A stretch of 64,000 nucleotides of DNA. Source: Eledone cirrhosa (Eukaryota). A program made the position numbers and the translations under genes. Below, piece by piece: positions 54,229 to 64,000 of this stretch (positions within the stretch are counted from its first letter, which is position 1; each line of letters starts with the position of its first letter). The stretch spans positions 257,176,001 through 257,240,000 of the forward strand of contig OZ024742.1 in the NCBI GenBank assembly GCA_964016885.1. The letters run 5' to 3'. The notes under the pieces are model-generated. The model was not told the origin of the DNA, made no database searches, and was given only the letters and a program-made list of their open reading frames with translations.

Positions 54229-54246
54229 TATATATATATATATATA

Positions 54247-54370
<124 letters not shown>

Positions 54371-54544
54371 GCATATATATATATATATACACATATATAT
54401 ATATATATAATTAGAGATAGATTTTTCTCCCATCTTCTACCTCTCCCCGTCCCTGTCTCTCTTATTTTCTCTTTTTCTCTCTGTATCCCTCTCTCTCTGT
54501 ATAGATACATGTAATGTGTGTGTGTGGGACACAGACTGATACAT

Positions 54545-54596
<52 letters not shown>

Positions 54597-55098
54597 CATA
54601 TATGAACATACATTTCCATTTATTCAATAAGCAACTATTTCAATTGCAACACGATACAAATGTGAAATATGCATTTTGATTAAGTCTGACATTTATAGAA
54701 ATTGTGACACATACAAATCACATGATGAAATTGAGAATTCAGTTTAAACACTAAAACTACGAATATTTACTCTAATATTCGTTGGCAGAGTTTTTTTTCT
54801 AAATAATATGAATGTTGTGTGTATTTTTAATATCACTCTCCAGTGAACAAATGTATCTAAAAGAAAATGATTTCGAATTATACATATTCATAGGAGCGTG
54901 TATGTATATGTGCTCAAAATATTGAGTATGAATTCCACGATGCATGTGCAGGTAATCGTGTCAATATACGTCAGTACATACATACATACTCGCACACAGA
55001 TATATATATTTATTATTCCTAATCATACATGTCATATATTTTAATATATGTACCAATTACAACCAGCCTGTCATATCAACGTATATATACAGAGATAC

Positions 55099-55130
<32 letters not shown>

Positions 55131-55160
55131 GCAACACACACACGCAGAACCCACCCACCC

Positions 55161-55230
<70 letters not shown>

Positions 55231-55291
55231 TATATCAAGAAAGAATATTTTCGAAACAGCGAGGTGGTTTGAAATTATTTGAAATGTAAGC

Positions 55292-55421
55292 TATCGCGGT
55301 ATTTTGACTAAAGAAATTAAAGAAATTATTTAGCCTGATAGTGGGGTTAACATGTACATCAATACTCATCTTTTTCCATTTCTCCGAGTTTCTTTAATTT
55401 CTTCAGTCATAATACGGCGAT
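55292..55421. repeat. Short fold-back with ~33-bp arms next to (TA)n
   Basis: TATCGCGGTATTTTGACTAAAGAAATTAAAGAAA and TTTCTTTAATTTCTTCAGTCATAATACGGCGATA. Confidence 0.7.
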
Positions 55422-55434
55422 ATATATATATATA

Positions 55435-58400
55435 GTAATAATAATAAATTTGAAGAATAAAATGCAAAGAGGTCTCGATACGGATATTTTCGAAATACAT
55501 GCTTCTGCGTTTACAGATTGATTTTTTTTAGTTTCAGAAGATCCCGTTAAGTGTGAAAGCAGCGATTCTTTGCTTAAACTTTAATCTGTTATTTTAATAA
55601 ATATTTGCTCTACGGTTCTTATATATTTGTATATATATTTATCCTTGTCGAGCCCTCTTTGGATTTTAGTCTTCAAATTTATTATTATTACTATTTGGCT
55701 CCCTCGGTTGAGCACTCTATTGAATTATATTCATCATGCAGAAACAACATCTGAATATTTCTACAAGAACCTACCGTACCAAGCAGCAAGACATACCTAA
55801 AACCCCTGATACAGAAAACAGACTGGTTCATTAAAAGTTTCGTTGGCGTGCCTTTTATTTCGATAATCGGGAAAAAGTGGAAAACAAACATGATACATTT
55901 GGGTTTAAAACTTACAATGACCCTCCGAGTAACCCAGCATTGCTACCCTTCGAAAATGATGTCTTGGAACTCATACGGAGTATCAAATTTCGGAATACGG
56001 GCAATTCCCTCCAGCAGGACCTGAAGAATAGAATTCGTTCTATTAAGAGTTCTAATGCCGTGCACGTCTACCCCGACAAAACTGGCAATCTATATCAAGT
56101 GAAGCGCATTACTTCCGATCAACTGCTACATAATTCTGTTACTAAGGATTACCGTAAAACTAATCGGGGTGTCATTAATGACATCAACGATATTGGGTTT
56201 AAAATCACCTCTGATCTCAACATCCTGGATCGGACTGAACCTCTGGACCCTATTTCTCCCCACTTTACCCTGAAGGATCACAAATCTAATTTCCCCAACA
56301 ACCCTTCAATTGGGCTTATTAAACCTACGAAGACCATTTTATGTAGACTTAGTAAAATGACTTTAGATAAAATTATACCTGAAATTAGAAGCTTACCCAC
56401 TCTTTCACTGTGGAACAATTCCTTCGCAGTGATTAATTGGTCCAACGGCATATGCAATAAAGAACATTACCGTTTTATCCAATTCGACATCAATAATTAC
56501 TACTACTCCATGACATTACCACTCCTTTTTAGAGCTATCAATTTCGCTAAACCGCTTACGGTGGTTAAGGATTTCGAAATTGATGTCATCCTCAATGCCC
56601 GTAAGTCGGTGATTAATTTCGACGATTCTATTTGGATAACAAAATCTAATAGTACCCCATTTGACGTGAGTATGGGCGCCAGCGATTCTGCGGAGGTTAC
56701 TGATCTTATCGGCCTTTTCATTCTTTTCTCTATCAAGGAAGAATTCACCAACGTGGGCGGTTGTTTGGACTGTGATGACGGTTTTTTGACCATGACGAGG
56801 TGCAGCTCACAAGGTTGCAACAGGTTCAGAAAATAACTCACAGCCTTCTTTAAAGGCTTCAACCTCTCCATACAGATCGAGGCCAACCTCTCGGTCGCTA
56901 ATTACCTCGACGTTACCCTCAATTTTTCGAATGGCATGCACTACCCGTATAGAAAGCCGAATGATACGCTTAAGTACGTAAGTAAGCATGCTAACCATGC
57001 TGCCAGCATAACCAAGAACCTGGCAAGAAACGTTTCTTTGAGGCTTTCCCGTCTATCTAAAAATGAGCATAGTTTCACTAAATATTCTACATTTTACAAT
57101 GAAGCACTTGCTCGGGGTGGATTTGTCGTAAGGTAGCATATACAGAGTATAAGCATAGACGTAGGAAAAATAGATCCCGACGCATTATATGGTATAACCA
57201 CCATATATTATGGTGGTGGCCACACCATTAGCTAAGATCTTTCTCTCCCTTATTAAGAAGCATTTCCCACCAGCACATGAATATAACAACATTTGTAATA
57301 GAAATTCCATTAAAATGTCTTACTCTACGACTCCTAACCTTGCACATGACATCACTGCTTCAAATTTAGCTAAATTAGGTAGCCGTAGGAACACGCGCAA
57401 CCGTGTAAGTAGTTCTAACTGTAACTGTAGGAATCGGCTTGACTGCACCCTATCCGGGAAATGCCTCTCCAGTAACATTGTCTAAAAATGTAAGGTTGAA
57501 ACACCCACATCCCATAGGGCCTCAATAGTGTTAACCGCCAATAGATTCAAGCAGCATCTTTACATGCATACCTATTCTTTCCTTAACCCTTTAAGAAGGA
57601 ATATAACGTCACTTTCAGCTTATATCTGGAGTCTAAAAGACAACCACACCCAATATAGAATACACTGGAAGATGCTAGCTAGGGCTAGATCGTATAACGG
57701 AAATAAAAGACCAGGTGACCCCTGGAAATACACTACGCCGATGACCACATCTTAAACAAAAAAGCTGAGGCAATTTCGACTTGTAAACATAAATTGCATA
57801 AAACTTTCCTGTATTACAGCCCTATATTATACCCTAACGGATAGTACGAACAATACGCGGATAATGTATGTCATAATGTGGTAGCTAAGTATATTTTATT
57901 TTTATACCATTACTTATTTGTATAGGAATGTATATATTACCTGTATGTTTTGTGAAGATACGTATACTTTCACATACGCATATTTGCTTGTACTTGTTAT
58001 AGGTGCATATATTATATTATATATACTGGTACATATGTATATGGTTATGTGTAAACGTGTATTTTGCGTTTGTGTGTGTATGCGGGTTTGCACGTATGTA
58101 GGGTGTGTGTATATGCGTACTTTGTGTTTTGGTTGACGTATGTTTAGCGAACATATCTGTGTTTACCTGAAGGTAGTTGTGTGTGTTCGCGTTATATACG
58201 TATTTATGTGTGTATATTTATATACGTCTAATATAATTTTATGTATACACGCACACTCACACACATATATGCATATGTTTTTATATATGTTTTATGTGTA
58301 TTTGGTGTATACGTTTGTATGTGTGTGTAGGTGTTGCGCGGGTTGTTATATGTGTGCGCCTGGTTTTGTATACGTGCTTTTATATGCATACCCATGGTGG

Positions 58401-58958
58401 CTGTTTTCGCGTATGTACGTATATGGATGCGTGCATGTATATATTTAATTATTGTTGATTTCAATAACCTCTGTGATTTATTTGCATTATTCTTAACTCT
58501 GAAGCCGAGAATCATTTGGTTTCCTAAATCGAATTTTAGTCTACGACTTCATTTATACCATTAACGTGTTTTTGTCTTTACGAGTAATTGTTCTTTTCGG
58601 TCCACACAATGACGTATTATCTTCGTTTTGATTCCGTTCATTGCCAGGGAACGTCTCGACGAACCACCTGAATAGAAAATTAGTCCTCGACTTCATTTAT
58701 ACCATAAACGTCGTTTTGTCTTTGCGTATCATTGTTGTCACCGGTCCAAATAATGACGTATTATCTTCGTTTTTTTTTTCGTTCATTGCCAAGGAACTTC
58801 TCCACGAACCAAGGTATCGTCTTCTTGTCTTCCTTCAGTTGCAACGTTTTTCAAAATATTTACTTCTGCGTTCATAGATTGATTTTTTTTGTTTCAGAAG
58901 ATCCCGTTAAGGGTGAAAGCAGCGATTCTTAGCTTATACTTCAAACTGTTATTTTAAT
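55435..58958 (+). mobile_element. Second near-full-length family A Penelope-like element (inverted stub, pLTR, ORF, pLTR)
   Basis: Colinear with 22469-25901. 55435-55486 is an inverted pLTR end. pLTRs at 55487-55692 and about 58848-58958. Confidence 0.95.
55736..57844 (+). pseudogene. PLE RT plus GIY-YIG, disrupted (YRDD changed to DCDD, stops, frameshifts)
   Basis: ORF pieces 55877-56836, 56936-57136, 57210-57485 and 57528-57755 align with the family A protein. Confidence 0.92.
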
Positions 58959-58974
58959 ATATATATATATATAG

Positions 58975-60363
58975 AGGATAACAACATATCGTTAAATGTA
59001 ATCCAATTAGAGGATGTGAATACTTCCTATTATGGATAGTTTTTTACAAATATAGTATACCTATGTACTATAAATTCAGGTAGCTTGGCATATTGGTTCC
59101 ACGGTTGGGGAGTTTAAGAAAGGTGGTACGTACATATACACTCTATGACTAACAAGAATCTGTCAAAGACAACGATTCTCGCCTATAAAATCTGGCAACT
59201 TAAATATGCAAACATGGAATATAAAATCAGCTGGACAAAGCTTTCATAAGAAAAGGCTTATCAAATTGGCATGTCCCACTCTGGTCTCTGTAATATTGAA
59301 CTTTTACAAATTTTTAATTACAACAAGATACTTCTTAACAGTAAAATTGAAAAACACATTTTTTGTCGACATAAATCGGCGACTAAATTTGAGATCATTA
59401 GACGAGCTTAATTCCATCTTATCTATTCCATAACCCAGATTGTACCACTTGCATCTATTATGATATCACATTATCAACATCATCATCATTATAATTATAA
59501 ATATAATTATAATTGTTATCATCTATCAAAGAACAACTTGAAAACCTCTTATATTTACATTCTTATTTTATATATCTTTATTTTTCACTCTTTATCTTAA
59601 TATTTCTCTACCTAAATTTATTTCATCTCTGTCATTTTATTTTATCATATAATATAACTTAAGGGTAATTAATTAATTTATTTATTAAAATAACCAATAC
59701 ACACATAAATATATTTAACATTATCATACTTTCACCATTTTTTCATATATTTTTTTATAATTTTTTTTTATATATCTATTTTTATTTTTATTTACATTTA
59801 TTCATGCATTATTCATCTATTTGCCCCTCTATTCTTATCTTCTCTCTATCCTACGTTATTCTCACTTATGTTTATCTCTCATCTATATACCATCATCTTC
59901 TATATATCTTCCTCTCTTTATATTTCTATCTACAATAATTTCTCCTTTTCTTCTTCATTCGCTTTTTCTTTTTCTTTTTCTTTTTTCTTTTTCTTTTTCT
60001 TTTTCTTTTTTTTTCTTTTTCTTTTTCTTTTTCTTTTTCTTTTTCTTTTTCTTTTTCTTTTTTTTTCTTGGTTCTCCTTCCTTTACTTTCTTTCTTTACT
60101 GTATCTATCCCTTTCCTCCTCCTTTTCTCTCTATATCTTTATTATTAATATTATTGATGATGTAATTTGAATTTGTAAATTTAGCGGTTACATATATATT
60201 TTTAACAGTTTCCGATGATCTAGTAGAGTTAACATCGTATTTAAAGTTGAGTGGCACTCTTTTTAGTGTTCAGGAATTTTAGACAACTCTATCAGTGAAA
60301 CATTTGTTAGACTGCAAATAAATCCCTTTTTTTACTGTTGACCATGTTATTCTCCGCTTTTTC

Positions 60364-60365
<2 letters not shown>
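58975..60365 (+). mobile_element. 5'-truncated PLE: decayed GIY-YIG, 3' UTR and pLTR
   Basis: Manual translation across frameshifts gives NIVYLCT...IGSTVGEFK...KIWQLK...LCNIELL...LLNSKIE...CRHK. Hammerhead at the 3' end. Confidence 0.75.
60206..60314 (+). ncRNA. Hammerhead variant (CCGAUGA, U4C) with 78-nt stem II domain
   Basis: CAGTTT-CCGATGA-TCT..TAGAGTT...AACTCTA..AGT-GAAA-CATTTG-TT-AGACTG, then AATAAA. Confidence 0.65.
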
Positions 60366-60458
<93 letters not shown>

Positions 60459-60464
60459 TATAAG

Positions 60465-60750
60465 AGAAATCGAAAAATCAGTGATGCATCTCAACTCAAT
60501 TTATTGTGTGTTACAATTTTTCGCCGGCGGACATCATTCGACGTGTCCGTCGAACCTGCGCGTCCAGAATCATACAGATCCGCACAATGATCGCGTCTCG
60601 AGCTGTCCGCCGGCGAAATAATTGTAACACAATAAATTGAGTTCAGATGCCTCACTGATTTTTCGTTTTCTATTCTATCAAACTCTGCTCTGTAAGAGCA
60701 TAGAGTGCTCAGCCGTCATAACACCTATGGAAGCATCTTAACTACTATCC
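60465..60750. mobile_element. Fold-back pLTR (arms 60465-60533 and 60604-60671) related to 18749-18960
   Basis: Inverted arms of about 68 bp. Hammerhead 3' half GAAA-TAATTG-TA, followed by AATAAA. Confidence 0.75.
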
Positions 60751-60793
<43 letters not shown>

Positions 60794-60841
60794 ACACACA
60801 CATACACGCTAGCACACATACACTCACACACATACACACAT

Positions 60842-60915
<74 letters not shown>

Positions 60916-61021
60916 TATAACCATGTCCATTACGAGCTGAGGATCCGCTAAGGTCAAACAATTATTCTCGGTATGGTGAACTAACTGGTGTGTAACCACT
61001 TATATATATATAAATATATAT

Positions 61022-62408
61022 AACAAAGGAATTGTGGTAAGAAACCAGATGGACCATAACGCACCAGAGTACTCAATACTTACTGAAGTAGAGTGGTAAA
61101 TAGGAAACATTATGACCCCTATGGAAGAAGTAACCTAGACATCAGTGGAGAGCCGACCAGGAGGTGCAACTGCCCTGATAGATATACGTGCCCCCTCAAC
61201 AACAAATGCCGAGAACGTAATGTGATCTACCAGTGCAACGTGAGGACGGACACCTACAACAAAGCTTATATAGGATTAACTGCGTGTGACTTCAAGAACT
61301 GGCTCTACCAAAACCGACATACTTTCTGAAACCCGGTCTGGCGGCATGCCTCTACGCTTTAGGGCCACATCTGGGACCTCCAAGATAATAATATAACCTA
61401 CAATCTCACTTGGCGCTTAGTGTTCAGAGCTAACTCTTACACGGGAGGACGCCGTCCGTGTAAGTTATGCTGGGAGGAGACATTAGAATTGCTGTTTTCG
61501 AAGGACCAACTCCTAAACAAGAAAGGCGAACTGGTAAACGCATGCAAACACAGATTACGTTGGACTTACCTCACCCTCAAACACCATAACGACCCGGGTG
61601 GGTAGACAAAAGCAGATACCCCCCCACACACACACACTTGCTGAATAGGTTAGGGGAAATCCAGCATACATAGGTAGATGTATCTCTTTTCTTTTCCTCT
61701 TTGTCTTCTTCTTCCCCCTGTCTCACTCTATCACTTCCTTCCACCCCATATGTTCTTTCTCGTCTGCTTTCCTCTTTCGCCTACCCCGATGCAGTCCATC
61801 GGGCCTCTCTAGCTTCAGTTACCCCACCCCTGCAATTTTAAGATAGAATTGGCCGAATACGTTTTACTAACTACTTATAGCAGATGTGTTAAACCCCTTT
61901 AATGTTGTATTAGTTTTGTTACTAGTCAATTTCTACGAGTTTTTTCTATTCTCAGCTTATCAACCTGTAATTGTACGATAGCATTGTGATTTTTTTTAAT
62001 TCATTTCTCACTATCTTATTTTATATATATTTTTTTTATTTCTATTATCTTTTATTGTCTCCTACTCTCATTCGATTTACCTATTCTATAACCACCCTCC
62101 TCTACTTCATACACTATCCTTAGTATCTGCTGTATACATATCACTTTCAACGCTTGACCGCTCCACTCACTCCCCTATTGTTCTACAGGCAAGTTCAGCC
62201 AGCCATACCTCCCACCACATGCCATGATAGACTTATTTGTGTTTACAACAAATTTTAACCAATCCTCTTGACAACTACAATCTTCCCATATAAGAATACC
62301 CCCTTGACAAGTTCGTCTATTTATTCACCAGGCTAAAAATTCTAATTTAGTCCAGAAATAGCCGTCGAAACGGCTTGAGCACTGCCGTCGTGGTCATACT
62401 TTTTCCTA
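61022..62408 (+). mobile_element. 5'-truncated PLE (GIY-YIG 61160-61605) with inverted pLTR stub and U3-A8 hammerhead at 62299-62394
   Basis: CNCPDRYTCPLNNKC..VIY..YIGLT..CKLC..E..LLNKKGEL..CKH. CCCCC-TTGACAA-G..CTATTT/AAATAG..C-GAAA-CGGC..GCCG-TC-GTGGT. Confidence 0.85.
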
Positions 62409-62426
62409 TATATATATATATATATA

Positions 62427-64000
62427 GTTAGGGAAGCAGAAAATTGCTTATTGTGATACAGTTCGTGGTTAACAAAGCCAGTTTCATGGACGGTTCCAAC
62501 GTACGGTTAGGGGTAACTCAACAGGTTTATAAGAATTCCGTTCAATCTTGGAGTATAAAGTATAAAAGAGAAAACACAGGTAAGCATTAAGAGAAGGATT
62601 TTATCCAGGTATTTACGACCGTTTCATTGGTAAGTGCAACCTTATATTGCTATACTGCAAATAGCAGTATATAATTGTTGTTCACGTACAAATTTTCAAA
62701 ATAGTGAGTAAGTTACTCTTGAAATAGTTCTTAATATATAGAGAAAAACATTTTTTGGAATTGTATTTACTAGTATAGAGAGAGAGGAAGAGGAATTAGA
62801 AGGTGACGGGACAAACGGAATAGTATAGAGAGAGAGGAAGGGGGAGAAGGGTTAGGAAGTAGAGTGACAAACTGAGATGGAGGGAGGGGTAGAGGTGGAA
62901 GGATTCCTTGATCAGTTATGATATGTAGACTTCATGTCGAATGTAGTGAGTTAAAGAGAATTAAATTGATCATAGTGGGAGGGATGGAGAGAGAGAGAGA
63001 GAGAGGGGGATATAAAGAGATAATTTTATATATATAATAAATAAAGATAAAGATAATAATGATAAAAATAAAAGCAAGGAAGAGGGGAGAATAAAGAAAA
63101 GAAAAGATAGCCAAAAAGGAGAGGGAAGGAAGGAAGAAAACGAAGAAATAGAAGAGGAATGAGGGAGAAAGGAGAGATATAGGTGTTGGTTCTTGTGGGT
63201 AATTAAAAGGGTTTAGATACAATAAGAGGGTATAAAGTCTAAGTATATGCAGTTTGTCAGTTGGTAGTAAGTGTTCGTTTTGCACTTGTTGTGCGAACAC
63301 TTTTCTTTGAGTCTATGGTTACATTGAATTGATCTTTCGATTTTATTGTTGAGTAACTTATTCTTTGAACTCAAAATGTGGAACAGCTCAAGATCACATA
63401 ATCGACAGCTTCTCATACCACTCCGATATGGAGGCGCGTTCGATAATCTGTTTCCACTTCAGGGTGTATTGATGGTTACTTTCCCTCAGTTGCCAGGTCT
63501 TGTTTGCAAGGGTAGTTACATAAGGATGCTGGGAATGTTTCATTGCGTAACGGTGTGTATACCAACGGGCTTTAAATGTATTCCCAGTCGCTCCGATGTA
63601 ATAACATTTCTGGTTGTCTGATTCTACTGTGCATAGGTAAACCAGGTTAGACTGTATACATTCATTATGTAATGGACAGGTTTCAGGTAGGTGGCAGTTA
63701 CAATTCTTGTCATGGGCTACTTTGGCATTATGGTGGGCTGCGATGCCTGTACAAGTGTGTTACGTTTTGTGTGCCTATTAGTGGGTGGCTGTATATTAGA
63801 TATTCTGTTGAGTTGAATGGTGATTGTATTGTTATTGTTGTAAATTTGTGTTCTGGTGTTGTTATGTATCTTTTTAGCGTGAAGCATCTTAATGTGTGCC
63901 TCTATATTTGGTGCCGTGGAGTAAGATTGTCAAATAGATTTAGCGTTACGGATTTTGCTCTATCTATGTGGATCTGGAAAGTGATTATTTATTATTCTAA
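62427..64000 (-). mobile_element. 3' part of a PLE (decayed GIY-YIG, UTR, pLTR), continuing beyond the window
   Basis: Minus strand CNCHLPETCPLHNECIQSNLVYLC...IGATGNTFKARWYTH...CRLCDLE...LLNNKIE..CNH. Confidence 0.85.

Overview
AT-rich, microsatellite-laden animal genomic DNA. The repeat landscape (Nin/Deu-domain tRNA SINEs, long (TA)n and (CA)n arrays) resembles an octopus or other cephalopod, which is an inference. I found no convincing host gene. The window is dominated by Penelope-like retroelements (PLEs: RT plus C-terminal GIY-YIG endonuclease) inserted into (TA)n arrays. There are two near-full-length copies of one family (22.5-25.9 kb and 55.4-59.0 kb), four truncated copies of related families, one element of a different PLE lineage (39.5-42.2 kb), and many pseudo-LTR (pLTR)-only remnants. 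It also holds two decayed Helitrons, an RTE-type LINE fragment and about ten SINEs. The main hidden signal, read by hand, is a dense set of about 20 type-I hammerhead ribozyme motifs, intact to degenerate, from at least ten distinct pLTR families. Many carry an unusually long or branched stem II (up to about 90 nt), a palindromic mini stem III, or non-canonical cores (U3-A8 covariation, U4A, U4C, U10.1-U11.1). Many small palindromes between (TA)n arrays turn out to be fold-back pLTR insertions whose inversion point lies in or just upstream of the ribozyme. All RNA structures are manual predictions and catalytic activity is untested.
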